63,325 nucleotides of DNA, filler included, from Collodictyon triciliatum (GCA_043381765.1; 39 parts of 39 records of this genome joined end to end with filler, not necessarily neighbours in it); one strand, 5' to 3'; numbered from the whole stretch's first letter, positions 1-13,195 are shown. Program-made: numbers and translations. The notes: generated from the letters alone by a model not told the origin.

Positions 1-220
1 TTTTTGTTTTTTGTTTTTTGTTTTTTGTTTTTTGTTTTTTGTATTTTGTTTTTTGTATTTTGTTTTTTGTATTTTGTCTTTTGTTTTTTGTTTTTTGTCT
101 TTTGTTTTTTGTTTTTTGTTTTTTGTCTTTTGTTTTTTGTCTTTTGTTTTTTGTCTTTTGTTTTTGTTTTGTTTTTTTGTTTTTTTGTTTTTTGTTTTTT
201 GTATTTTGTATTTTTCTTGT
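1..220. repeat. T-rich microsatellite, representative of the SSRs at most scaffold ends (e.g. (ATCATT)n 1634, (AGAAA)n 4902, (AAAAT)n 12856, (CA)n 32586 and 56716, (TATG)n 42161 and 58344, (TTTCGTTC)n 58564)
   Basis: Tandem repeats seen directly; they mark most assembly breaks. Confidence 0.95.
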
Positions 221-257
221 TCCATAACTGAAAGCATGTGATGATGAAAATACAAAC

Positions 258-1070
258 TAGCAGATTGTCACACATCCCGTTTGCTATTTTCGCCATCGTG
301 TTTGCTGAGAGCGGAGCGATTACAAATATATCGGCCCATTTTCTTAACTATATATAGATGCAGGTTAGTGGGAATGCGGGTGAATTATACCAACATCGGT
401 GTTGCAAACATATAATGTCTCTGTATAACGTCTCGCTATGAATCACGTAGAAAATGCAAAAAGCAAATTCATGAGGAGTTTGATAATTGAAAAAGGAAGA
501 GTTTCCGTCTGCTGATATACAAACCTCGATATGAAAAACAGGGTCTGACCGCTTCTTCCATGAGCTCCACTCTTCCTCGTCTCGNNNNNNNNNNNNNNNN
601 NNNNNNNNNNNNNNNNNNNNNNNNNNNNNNNNNNNNNNNNNNNNNNNNNNNNNNNNNNNNNNNNNNNNNNNNNNNNNNNNNNNNNNNNNNNNNNNNNNNN
701 NNNNNNNNNNNNNNNNNNNNNNNNNNNNNNNNNNNNNNNNNNNNNNNNNNNNNNNNNNNNNNNNNNNNNNNNNNNNNNNNNNNNNNNNNNNNNNNNNNNN
801 NNNNNNNNNNNNNNNNNNNNNNNNNNNNNNNNNNNNNNNNNNNNNNNNNNNNNNNNNNNNNNNNNNNNNNNNNNNNNNNNNNNNNNNNNNNNNNNNNNNN
901 NNNNNNNNNNNNNNNNNNNNNNNNNNNNNNNNNNNNNNNNNNNNNNNNNNNNNNNNNNNNNNNNNNNNNNNNNNNNNNNNNNNNNNNNNNNNNNNNNNNN
1001 NNNNTGCCGCAACGCTTCCAGAGACACCAACCAGGATGCGAGTGTTTTTTGGAGCTGCGACGCCTTCCAT
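258..1070 (-). CDS. PPCDC: Phosphopantothenoylcysteine decarboxylase (HFCD flavoprotein), partial, spliced, with an internal gap
   Basis: [22 protein letters not shown]...[54 protein letters not shown] motifs; GTTTGT..AG introns. Confidence 0.93.
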
Positions 1071-1533
1071 AAGCGATCTTTGCGAAGCACGGCAATCTGC
1101 GGGCTCTTGGTCTTGGGTTCCTGCGACTGGATTGAAAAGCATGAAGGGGTTTCAAGGCCCAAAGCCTTTGGCTCCATCGCAGGCGGATATGAAGCAGAAC
1201 ACCGACAAGTTCGCTCATTGCTGCGACATCCTGTGCGCTGCGCTGCTTCAGCGCAAGTGGCTTGTTTACGAAGGGCGAGTCTGTTACTCCATCGCTCACG
1301 ATTCTCATGACTGCTGTGAGTGCGCGGTTGAACAATAGCTTCATATCTCTTCTGTGGCTGCTCTGGCTCATCGCTACCATGCAAAAGGGTTGCGGGGCGC
1401 GAGAAGATGACAATTACAAGGGATTCCCTTCTCGTTGTCTGTTGCGGTGTTGTGTTGGGGAAGTGCTGTTTATTCAAGCGACCTTCTCTTATCCAAACTG
1501 CTGCCAACCCCTCCCACCTCATTCTTTTTTTTT

Positions 1534-1633
1534 NNNNNNNNNNNNNNNNNNNNNNNNNNNNNNNNNNNNNNNNNNNNTTAATTAATTAANNNNNNNNNNN
1601 NNNNNNNNNNNNNNNNNNNNNNNNNNNNNNNNN
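1534..1633. other. Artificial scaffold linker N44-TTAATTAATTAA-N44 (first of 38, recurring every ~1.62-1.63 kb)
   Basis: Identical 100-bp spacer with a six-frame stop cassette repeats through the window, and scaffold lengths fall steadily. Confidence 0.98.
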
Positions 1634-2390
1634 ATCATTATCATTATCATTATCATTATCATTATCATTATCATTATCATTATCATTATCATTATCATTA
1701 TCATTATCATTATCATTATCATTATCATTATTTTTTTTGTTGAGAATGATAAAAGTAATTAAATAGCTTTCAAAAAAAGGGGTTATAAAGCTGATACTTC
1801 TTTTTTCTTCGATTTCATTCGCTACCACCATTTAGAAAAATACACCAATAACTCATTTTTTTTTTGTATATTTCCACTATATTTGTTCACTAACATCTCA
1901 TAGATACTTGTCATATCAAGATTTGTGTAGCCAGCTTCGAAAGTTACAAGTTGATACTGATTGCAAAGAATTACAAGATAGTGAGTTCTCAAACCAACAA
2001 AAATCAATCACAACATAAAAGCTGACAAGAGAAATTGAAACAATCCAACCTTCCTTTCCAATCTTTGATGCAACTGATAAAATCTTTTAATGTCCAATAA
2101 AAGGTGCTTATTCGGTGTTTGCATTATTGATACCGTACGTCAATAATTTTCATATTTTATTGACTGGGAGTTTTTTTTTTTTGCTTTATTAAATTCATAG
2201 TATTTGATCAATAATCGTACACATAGTTTTTTCGCTTTATTTGACTTATTTTCAAAGTAATATTCGACTCTAGATATCCCACAATATGTCTATATAAACA
2301 TCAATGCATCCATATCTAGCCATTTATATTTTACATATCACGGCTTAACCGGCCTTTCTTATCTGGTATTTTCTTTATCCTTTCAAACAG

Positions 2391-2905
2391 GATGGTTGTT
2401 CTCACGTCGATTTGCTTCCTTATGTCCATCACGTATATCGCAATCCATATGATTACGCATCGCATTACTTTGGTTCTCAATGCACTATCCCTTGGATTCA
2501 TACTCACTGGGACCATCCTTTGGGGCGTTTACTCCCATACCATTATTGAGCAGTACATATTCCATCAGTATAGTTGACAACAAAATCTTTTTTCATGCAA
2601 CTAAAATGAAACCAAACCTGTTCTATCACTAGGCGATTCAAGGCATCACTATCTTGGTCCTTTTACGGGTCAGCCATAGCCACAGGCTGCTTAGCGGTTT
2701 CTCTTGTTAGGTTTGTGAGAATCGCCCAGTTTGCCCCCATAAAAATACAACTTTATTTCTTAAAATTTAATAATATAGAATCTCTATTCTAACATGGAAA
2801 CTTCCTGCCTCCGAGTATGAGCGCTCAAGAGATTCCTCCGTGAATAGCTTCATCTTTGGTGAAAATCATACATCTGGAAAGGATACGTTCCATAGCAGAT
2901 TTTAA
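2391..2905 (+). CDS. Small multi-TM membrane protein, claudin/PMP22-like C-terminal half (3 exons)
   Basis: Hydrophobic helices, then ...TIIEQ|RFKASLSWSFYGSAIATGCLAVSLVR|ISILTW...HSRF*; the LSWSF motif before the last TM resembles the claudin superfamily; phases consistent. Confidence 0.4.
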
Positions 2906-3266
2906 ACAATAAGCTAGGCCTATCATGTAGAACTGGCCCAAGAAATCGAAAAAAAAAAAACAGAAGGGCAATATACAAAATCAGCATGAAAACTACCTGT
3001 CTCCTAAGCAATCTTACCGGAGTTATATATAATTACAAACACCGTACACTTTCAATCCACCAATTTATTCACTACCTCAAACTTTGCATAAAATACCAAA
3101 GCAATATTTATCGAAAAGAGACCTCACAACAAAAAACAAAAAAAACAAAAAAAAACAAAAAAAACANNNNNNNNNNNNNNNNNNNNNNNNNNNNNNNNNN
3201 NNNNNNNNNNTTAATTAATTAANNNNNNNNNNNNNNNNNNNNNNNNNNNNNNNNNNNNNNNNNNNN

Positions 3267-3310
<44 letters not shown>

Positions 3311-3617
3311 AAAAAACAAAACAAAAAACAAAACAAAAAACAAAACAAAAAACAAAACAAAAAACAAAACAAAAAACAAAACAAAAAACAAAACAAAAAA
3401 CAAAACAAAAAACAAAACAAAAAAGCAGCTCTGAGGACTTTGTGACTCGCATTTTCCTCACATCACCACTCCCCGAACTTGTTCTAATTCATACGAAGTA
3501 TTATATAATCCAGGACACGCAAGGAAGCAAAAAGATGCGTCAAACCTTCATAGATCAGAATCAAGCATCTTGCAGCTAAAAAGTCTCAATATTAGATACT
3601 TGGACTAAATGAAAGTC

Positions 3618-4205
3618 TTAACGAAAGTTCAACGAAAAGGTGAAGTAAAAAAATAAATAAATGAGACGGTGCCTAAAGATGAACATAATATCGATAACAA
3701 CTTTTTTTAAGGGATAAACTCTTACATTCAGTAGGGATGCATTACGGCGCGGTAAAACTGGGCTGTTTGGACCAAGTTTCTGCACAACAGACTCAACGGG
3801 CGCAGCACCAACGGGACGGAATAAGGCAGGAGGAGGGAGCTTGGCTTTCATCAGCGGAGCGTTAGCAGTTTCTGCGCATGCAGATTCGGTTTGATGGAAC
3901 GACGTCTCGTTTTTCTTCTCCAGGGTGGCAGACGAATCCATTTTCCCACTATGTAGCACAAAGCACAACACAGGCATCATTTTCACAACAAACATCGAAG
4001 ATTCCCCCGGTTGGTCATAGATCGAAAAGGGTGCGGTAGCGAAGCGATGAATAGTCTGAAGGGGCATCAATATCAGGAGCAGAACTTTTGGGCTTAGGAT
4101 TATCTTGTTCTTGCAAGGCCCACCGTTATGCAGTGTACTTGTGAAGACTGTTGTGCCACCAACATCTTTATAATTAAGCTCACAGACCCACATGCCCGCA
4201 AACAC
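3618..4205 (-). CDS. Hypothetical protein (195-aa ORF in a GC-richer block)
   Basis: ORF length and composition only; no recognised motif. Confidence 0.25.
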   Translation of the reverse strand: MFAGMWVCELNYKDVGGTTVFTSTLHNGGPCKNKIILSPKVLLLILMPLQTIHRFATAPFSIYDQPGESSMFVVKMMPVLCFVLHSGKMDSSATLEKKNETSFHQTESACAETANAPLMKAKLPPPALFRPVGAAPVESVVQKLGPNSPVLPRRNASLLNVRVYPLKKVVIDIMFIFRHRLIYLFFYFTFSLNFR

Positions 4206-5003
4206 CAGTTCCAGAGCGAATGATTGACACGCATTATTGCATCATCAATCTGAGGGTCTGTAGGTGTTGCAGCTCACAAAGTGCCCTGCTTGGCGAGGCA
4301 GTTCCCCATTTTTTGAACAAACTAAGCACCATCAACCTTCCATGGCCGGCAATAAACCTTCCAGATTTTGCTCAGGATACGATGCTCTGGGTTGGCAGTC
4401 GCGTCACTTTGGCTGAGTTAGCTCCTTTCAAAGCTTGAATCGTTGCGGAGTGATGCCTCGTGACGTTGCTGGTAGTCAGCAATGACGCATTTGGCCATGT
4501 GCTTGAAAAAAAAAAAAGGAAGGATATGTTGCCAAAAATGTGTATAGTTCCATCACAGATTCCGCCTGATATGCCAGGTGTCGAGCCTCTTCCAAGGGAG
4601 GAATGAACAGCAGTACAAAATCAACAACAAAATCAACAACAAAATCAACAACAAAATCAACAACAAAATCAACAACAAAATCAACAACAAAATCAACAAA
4701 ATCAACAAAAACAACAAAAACAACAAAAACAACAAAAACAACAAAAACAACAAAAACAACAAAAACAACAAAAACAACAAAAACAACAAAAACAACAAAA
4801 ANNNNNNNNNNNNNNNNNNNNNNNNNNNNNNNNNNNNNNNNNNNNTTAATTAATTAANNNNNNNNNNNNNNNNNNNNNNNNNNNNNNNNNNNNNNNNNNN
4901 NAGAAAGAAAAGAAAGAAAAGAAAGAAAAGAAAGAAAAGAAAGAAAAGAAAGAAAAGAAAGAAAAGAAAGAAAAGAAAGAAAAGAAAGAAAAGAAAGAAA
5001 TAC

Positions 5004-6433
5004 CGCATCAATATTCCTAAAGAACGTGATGAATTTCTCTCGGTCCTCTGGAACAACGCTGTCGCCCATCATAAACGAGCTCGCTTGTAAAAGCTGCTCT
5101 TTTGCACTTTGGATGATACCCTCAATAGTGGACACTTTACCTCCCAGTGTCCCAGAGGCAAGCTCCAAATCGATCTCTGGGATGCAAACCATGGCTGTGT
5201 CGGACTAAGGGTTTGATATTTGCAATTTTACTTCCTTCTTTAAATAAAAAAAAATGTGTTTGTGAACAATTTGGACACATCAGAATGATATAATGATAAT
5301 TCGGTTTACCTTAAGAACATCGCGCTCCATCTCCTTTGGATTGTCAACTATTAGTTTTACAATTCTCCCTTTCTCAGAAACTGCGCCTCCAGGTTTGATT
5401 TCATTGGATTTATACCCACAATGGTCGCACAAGAAAGCCATGATAATGACCTCCTTAAAGTAGGGAATCACTTGGATTCGGACATGATTGTGAGAAATAC
5501 ATATACTTGCTCTTTGCACTATGAATTAGAAATGACCAGCAAACAAAGAGTAAAGCTGCGACTTACTTGTGAAATAACTCTTAAAGTCCCCCGGAGCTCG
5601 ACAACTTGGACAGTTAGTGCGGATGATATCCACTTCATCGGAGATGTCATAATTCAGATAAGATTTATCCATGTTGTAGAAAGAAGTCACACCTGTAAAC
5701 AAGTATCGATTCATTCACAATAATATACAATTCATTGAATGAATAAATAATTTAGACAAACAAACGTTAAAATTTGGTCTAGAGATAATCAATTACCATG
5801 TACGGGTTTTTTGAAAGGTTTGGGCTCGCTTGATTCCTATGAGGAATATAAATAGAACAATAATAAAAGACAAAGACTTTAAATCGAATAAAGAAAAATA
5901 AAAAAGACAATATATATCGTTCCATGGGCCGTTTCAATCTTCAAAATTTATTCGAGACAAAAAGTAAATTAAAGAAAATCGGTGAGTCATGAAAATACCA
6001 CGCAGTAAATAACGTGTATAAACAGATTGAATAGAATCTAATTAAAAATTGCACACCGCAGCATCAGCACCAGCACCAGCACCAGTAGTTGACTCTTCAG
6101 CTGCTGTGGCCTCATTCTCGGGTGTTTCTTCGAACTTCTCCAGCTCGGCAGCATCGTCACTAATCAACCCCAAAACTGCATCTTGGTCAGCAGAACGAGT
6201 ATATTTTGAGACATTCATCGCCGGATCCAGAACCGGGGGTGTCCTAAATCATCCATTTTAGGTCATATATTGGTTAGAAATATGTATAATGTATTCTCAC
6301 AGTGTTTGAACGAAGCTGTTTCCAGATGGGTCGTCGATAATGAAAGTGAATGGCGTTTGAAGCTGTAAACACGATTCTAGTCTTTTTAAGTAGGCATCGA
6401 TAATATCTGCAGCTTCAGGGTCGATTTTCTGCG
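5004..6433 (-). CDS. ZPR1: Zinc finger protein ZPR1, internal multi-exon part
   Basis: [82 protein letters not shown]. Confidence 0.96.
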
Positions 6434-6533
6434 NNNNNNNNNNNNNNNNNNNNNNNNNNNNNNNNNNNNNNNNNNNNTTAATTAATTAANNNNNNNNNNN
6501 NNNNNNNNNNNNNNNNNNNNNNNNNNNNNNNNN

Positions 6534-7233
6534 GAAGCAAAAAAATCGGAGCTCTTTAATGAACTTGCTAAGGGAATGGACAAGGCAATCAACGAATTAA
6601 TACCCGATACACTCGTCAGGTATCGATTGTCTCCTTATTTTAAAGAATAGAAAACTGAATATATAATCCCGAATTGTTGTACATTCATTCCATCGCAGAC
6701 TCCATTTTATGAAAAAAAATCCTTTATTCTATTCAAAGTGCAGCGTCTCCATTTTATGAGATAATTTTTTTCAACCGTATAGTTGTAATACATTCGTCTT
6801 TGAGAATGTACGCTTTGGTATCAAATATTCAAAATCATTTGTTCTCGAAAACATCGGCTCGGTAAGTCCACCCCCTCAATTGTGTTAATTTTTTTCGTTC
6901 CCTTCAAATAATAATCTAAAAAAATTATGATGAAGTTAAACAATTGCCTGAAGAATTCAACTTTTCACTACCGGAGAATATATGAACGGAATTGCATATA
7001 TTCTCGAATTTCTTTTGGTGATTGAACACATAAATTATTTGCACTCACATTTATTCGTCTAATCATATGTAGGCAACAGCCAAGTTCCAGTTTATACCCA
7101 AGCATCAAGAAAAATATCCGTGCAAACCGTGGCTGACACCGTTCCCTAGACAAGGTTTGGCTTATTATTTCACCCAGTAACAATCGCCGTCGTAGCATGA
7201 ATTCTTGGTTATGGGTACATATATTTATGTATG

Positions 7234-7293
<60 letters not shown>

Positions 7294-7321
7294 ATCTATT
7301 TAGGTATTTATTTATTCTTTG

Positions 7322-7395
<74 letters not shown>

Positions 7396-7885
7396 TTTTA
7401 TTTACTTTTATTTACTTTTATTTACTTTTATTTACTTTTATTTACTTTTATTTATTTTTATTTATTTTTATTTATTTTTATTTATTTTTATTTATTTTTA
7501 TTTATTTTTATTTATTTTTATTTACTTTTATTTACTTTTATTTACTTTTATTTATTTATTATTTATTATTTATTATTTATTATTTATTATTTATTATTTA
7601 TTATTTATTATTTATTATTTATTTATATATAAGGCCTTGAAGTTTTAATCGAAGGAAACCAGTAAAAGCATGTGCCGAAGGCCAAACGATGAATAGTGAT
7701 AAGTTATGGACAGGGAAAATAATATTAATAATTATCTTGTTTCAGGCACACTTGCCCCTGGCGCCAAGGTCATCATCACCCTGACTATTTACGTGGACTC
7801 GTCCACAGCCCCGATGCTTAACCGCGGGAAGGACAAAATTGAAGATATTTTGATTCTATCAATGGTCCATGGAAGACATCACTTT
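6534..7885 (+). CDS. OCRL: OCRL/INPP5B-type inositol 5-phosphatase, ASH domain region (4 exons)
   Basis: MDKAINELIPDTLVS|CNTFVFENVRFG...LENIGS|ATAKFQFIPK...CKPWLT|...ITLTIYVD...LNRGKDKIEDILILSMVHGRHHF matches the OCRL ASH domain layout. Confidence 0.88.
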
Positions 7886-8511
7886 GTATCCTGCAAGCTA
7901 TAACCATGTTGGATTTTGGATACTTATTTGTACTTATATTAGTTTGTATTGGTTTTTTGTATTGGTTTTTTGTATTGGTTTTTTTGTATTGGTTTTTTTG
8001 TATTGGTTTTTTTGTATTGGTTTTTTTGTATTGGTTTTTTTGTATTGGTTTTTTTGTATTGGTTNNNNNNNNNNNNNNNNNNNNNNNNNNNNNNNNNNNN
8101 NNNNNNNNTTAATTAATTAANNNNNNNNNNNNNNNNNNNNNNNNNNNNNNNNNNNNNNNNNNNNTAGAGAAAATAGAGAAAATAGAGAAAATAGAGAAAA
8201 TAGAGAAAATAGAGAAAATAGAGAAAATAGAGAAAATAGAGAAAATAGAGAAAATAGAGAAAAAAGAGAAAAAAGAGAAAAAGAACCGATAGAATGATAA
8301 TTTCTTTTTTTAAAAAGGCTTCGATACAAACATAGAAATGCAATATCTCCAATCATAGCCCATATTTATTTTTACTTGTTCTTCTAAATTGCTTGTTTTT
8401 TTTTAGCCTTCTTTATTCCACAAGATCAAAACCATGTAGTGCTGAAAGGATCACCATTATCCCTGTTCTCATCCTCGCTAAAAGCAATATCTCCACCTGC
8501 CAACTCATAGA

Positions 8512-9527
8512 ATGAGCGTTCACATGCAAGAAACTGCAATCACAGAGGATATCGAATGGTACAGCGACGATTATGTTGAAGATGAGAGTACCACAAACAC
8601 AAGTGTTGCGCCTGGACAGCCGGAAACTGCTGAGATCGACGACGCCTTTTACAACCGCCAGCGTTATGTGCTTGGCGACGAAGCCATGCGATCTCTCACC
8701 AAGGTTCTCTATTCGCCTTTACACTGGGCGATTTCGTTTCGTTAATTCTTTTTCTCTTATATTTTTTTTATTATATTTATTACGTCCGTGCGTCTAAACC
8801 ATTTTCACTTTGTAAGGAGAATCGTAACTTTTTTTAATTTTTTGCTTTGCCCCTCTATTTTCGTCTTATTGTATCCGTCCATGATTTGAACATTTATTTA
8901 CGTATTTGTGCGCACTCTCCAGGGAAATGTTTTCCTCTCTGGATTAAACGTATTAGGCGTGGAGATAGGTATATCATCTATATAAGTTCAATTTAATTAT
9001 GCATTATTGTAAATATTGTAATTTCCTATGCAACTTCATTTTGTGTTTCTTCGAATAAAATAAAGTTGTTAACAGCCAAAAACCTTGTCCTGGCTGGAGT
9101 CGGTTCCTTAACGCTCCACGACACTCGCCCTTTTGAGGATGAGGACAAGGTTATTTTTATCTACGGTTCATAATTCTAGCAAATACAACAGTTAGATTCT
9201 TTGTCTTCTGGTAGCCATACTTGGTTAATTACCTTTTTTACGGTTAACATTGTGTATATAAGAGTGAAATATAATATCAATACATGATGCAAACCTATCC
9301 TGAATAAAATATCATTACAATATTGTTAATGAATTACACAACGCCAAATATTTGTCACAATTTAGGTGGTTAATTTCGTAGCAAATCCAAGTAACATTGG
9401 TCAACCACGCGCTGATGTTGTGGCAAAATACATGAGCGAGATTAATAATGCCGTAAAAATAAAGGCCTCGACTGATGACCTTTTCTCTCATGAGCGCCTG
9501 CAGTTATCTTTCCTCAATGGATACAAG
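8512..9527 (+). CDS. UBA6: Ubiquitin-activating enzyme E1, UBA6-like, N-terminal part (4 exons)
   Basis: EIDDAFYNRQRYVLGDEAMRSLTK|GNVFLSGLNVLGVEI|AKNLVLAGVGSLTLHD; RQRYVLG is UBA6-like, versus RQLYVLG in UBA1. Confidence 0.85.
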
Positions 9528-9794
9528 GTAAATGATAATCAAGGGTGATTTTTTTTTATAAATAGGTTTGATTTTGCAAACGAAAGCAGACAGAAGAGCA
9601 AAAATAAAAGCAAAAAATAAAAACAAAAAAAATAAAAACAAAAAATAAAAACAAAAAAATAAAAACAAAAAAATAAAAACAAAAAATAAAAACANNNNNN
9701 NNNNNNNNNNNNNNNNNNNNNNNNNNNNNNNNNNNNNNTTAATTAATTAANNNNNNNNNNNNNNNNNNNNNNNNNNNNNNNNNNNNNNNNNNNN

Positions 9795-11325
9795 TTGTGA
9801 TGGTCCGAAATTTTTTCCAGTCAGAGTGATTGCAACGCCCCCAACCAAAGAGCTTGACAAAGGATTTGGGGGTGCAGTAATGACTGGGGCTTCATATTTC
9901 CATTTGAGTATGTTAGATTTCATTCCATTAATTAAAACCATCAAATTCAAGTTTGCACCAATCCCAGGAGGTGTAGTTACAATGATAGCATTGCTTGATG
10001 TAGAATTTACCTTCAATTTTTTAGAATTTCCAACAAAAACATCAATACTAACATTGTGATCTTTAGTACCTAGGTTGTATCCTGTGATAGTAAGATAGGT
10101 ACCACCCTTGGCTGGACCAGAAGAAGGACTGACGTTCACTAATTCAGGACCTTCATAATTCCACATCCATTTACTATTGATTGGGGTCGTTATATTGTTA
10201 GCAATGACCTGAATGGGTAATCGATTGCCTAAACCGGCAGGAGGTATACAGTGAATAGAATTGGGATATGAGTAATTACAATCCAACCACTCAACACCAC
10301 CGACGATAACACTTGGTGCCAATCCAAAGTCTGGCCCAGTGATTGAAAAAATTGGCCAGCCACCGCCAACCTGACCATTAAGTGGTGAGGCGTCCAATAT
10401 GTCTGGAAGATAACTCCACTCATGATTTAGAACTGATTGCCCACAGACAGTTAAGCTCATTTCGACCTTGCTTTTCAATTCTCCTGATTCAGATACAAAA
10501 ATTACCACATTATTTGCTCTTTTGAAAATGTTGGCAGCTTTAACCTCCTTCGAATTCATTGATAACACAAAAGATCCGGCCATAGAGTCATCCCCAAAAT
10601 TGTCGCCTATGACAGTAACAGGAGTACCGCCCAATAGGGTACCGGACTTTGGCCACAGACGAAAAACAGTGGGTTTGGAGAAAGAAAAACGTACATTGGG
10701 ATTGACAATGACATAATTGTACATGAAAAGTTTTACAGAAAGGCAAGTCCCACTTCCACCAGGGACAGTAAAATCAACTTGGGAATCGGACACAACATCG
10801 GCAGTAATATTATTGAGAGAACCAATTTGAACACTGGTTGTTGGTGCCCTACCAGCAAATCCAAATCCATTCAGTGTCACATTAAACCGAGATGCCGGAA
10901 TGGTGCTGTCATATGAATAGATATTAAGACCCGAAATGACTGGTAATTTATAAGAAAAGATTGCGTCTGAAATACCCGGTTTACCAAAAGCATGGAGATT
11001 GACTTTAAAAGTTCCGATTCGACCAATCCCGGTAAGGCATGTTACTTTAACTTTTGAAAGAATACGAATTCCATCGCATTCATATGACCCGATAAATATC
11101 TTGCAATTCACAGGTGAAGATGGGAAAAAGACACCTGTAAGGGTAACCAGTGTATTTCCACCTATATAGCCGTCAGAAGGGACGATGCTATTGACCAAAT
11201 GCACTTTCTCAGGTTCCAAAGATTGGGATTGAGATTGAGATTGAGATTGAGATTGAGATTGAGATTGAGATTGAGATTGAGATTGAGATTGAGATTGAGA
11301 TTGAGATTGAGATTGAGATTGAGAT
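9795..11325 (-). CDS. IPT/TIG repeat cell-surface protein, internal intronless part, with an (SQ)n linker
   Basis: About six repeats such as VSPSSGPAKGGTYLTITGYNLG and PKSGTLLGGTPVTVIGDNFG; frame is open across the whole scaffold. Confidence 0.92.
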
Positions 11326-11576
11326 NNNNNNNNNNNNNNNNNNNNNNNNNNNNNNNNNNNNNNNNNNNNTTAATTAATTAANNNNNNNNNNNNNNNNNNN
11401 NNNNNNNNNNNNNNNNNNNNNNNNNTTACTATTACTATTACTATTACTATTACTATTACTATTACTATTACTATTACTATTACTATTACTATTACTATTA
11501 CTATTACTATTACTATTACTATTACTATTACTATTACTATTACTATATCTATTATTTAAAAAAAACGCTATCACAG

Positions 11577-12729
11577 GATTTCATGGATGCACTTGTTCGT
11601 CGGCCTTTGCGGTTTTCGCTGTTTGAGTGCATCCCTAGTGGACGCACTTTGCTCGGAACTGCCGAGGTTTTTATTGATTCATTCATCAGCTCAAGCGACG
11701 TTTCAATTGAAGGATGGTTCGTTCGTCATAGCTTTGTTTAATCTACAAATTGATTCATGAGTCGACAAGATCCTCATTTTCCTTGAGACATGCCAAAAAA
11801 AAAAGAAAGAGTGCGTAGGTTTTTATTTATTTATTGATGCATTCATAATATCGCAGGTACCAAATCAAACTGGAAGAAGGTGCGCCTGTGGCCGACGCAG
11901 CGTCACTGCACATTGCAATTAAGTTGACAGAACCCCTTTTAACCGACGAGCAGCGTGCTCAAATTAATATTCTCTACGTCCAGCTTGATGGGATGTACAG
12001 TATCCCATCCAGGTAATTGCATTATTGCTATTATTGTCTATTCCAATTTATAGTTGTAAAGGTCATGATTACAAGAATAATAAAGGACACACGATTTTCG
12101 TTCACAGTATGATTTGTGAGGGTTTCATATGCCTCGAAGTGATTTCATGGAAGAAGCATAGCATCTTTTCCATTCCAAATTCATTAGAGCCAATTTATCT
12201 TCTTTTTCAATGCATCGATTCTAATATGCATTCGTGACAAAGATGGGCGATTAAAGAAGGTCAAGACTTACAGACACATCCTTTCGTCTACGGAGTTAAA
12301 TGTTGCATTCCGCAAAGTGAAGAATCTGAGACACACTTGCTCTTTGGTAAAGGTTCAATCGCACGAGGAGTGCCAGAAGGTGGAGCAAATTCGCAGGCAG
12401 ATATAGGTTTGCTTTTGCCGATGAAATGCTATGTCGATTTACCTTTCTATCCGTATGCTTCCAACTAGTCCGAATACATCGTCATATCCTACTATTTTTC
12501 TTAACATATGTTATCTAAAAAATCCAACATATAATGCAAAAAATGAATAGCTCAGGTCATAACTTTTAAACACCTAGATCCACTCCTTTCCGAACAGGAG
12601 CAACATTGGACCAAAATTGAAAAATATGGAGATAGAATCTCCTGGAATCATACTCAGAAATTTTTCATCTCATCATCCTTTTCAAAAACATTTATTCAAT
12701 TGATTGACTCCAAAAATGCCAGTGTTGAG
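11577..12729 (+). CDS. CFAP70: Cilia- and flagella-associated protein 70-like (TTC18), N-terminal region (4 exons)
   Basis: LHIAIKLTEPLLTDEQRAQINILYVQLDGMYSIPS and DRISW resemble CFAP70 EPLLT...NLLKVTLEAAYSVP and KRIIW; splice phases consistent. Confidence 0.72.
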
Positions 12730-13195
12730 GTTGCAACCCTAATCATTTCTGCCGATTATTTCATTTATCACAATTTCTTTCAAACAATCCATTATCACTT
12801 GAGTATACATGTGAACCATAGAAGTTTTTGATCCACAATTTGCCGCTCTTTTTTAAATAAAATAAAATAAAATAAAATAAAATAAAATAAAATAAAATAA
12901 AATAAAATAAAATAAAATAAAATAAAATAAAATAAAATAAAATAAAATAAAATAAANNNNNNNNNNNNNNNNNNNNNNNNNNNNNNNNNNNNNNNNNNNN
13001 TTAATTAATTAANNNNNNNNNNNNNNNNNNNNNNNNNNNNNNNNNNNNNNNNNNNNCAAAAGAACAAAGAACAAAAGAACAAAAGAACAAAAGAACAAAA
13101 GAACAAAAGAACAAAAGAACAAAAGAACAAAAGAACAAAAGAACAAAAGAACAACAGAACAAAAGCACATAACGAAAAAAATAAGATAAAATAAC

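Noticed and set aside
4..241. Many low-complexity ORFs (poly-F/L/K/N/I and X-filled) across the ORF track
   Set aside because: They are translations of microsatellites and N gaps
1578..1589. Regularly spaced TTAATTAATTAA palindrome resembling an array or CRISPR repeat
   Set aside because: Always embedded in N44 on both sides; it is an artificial concatenation linker
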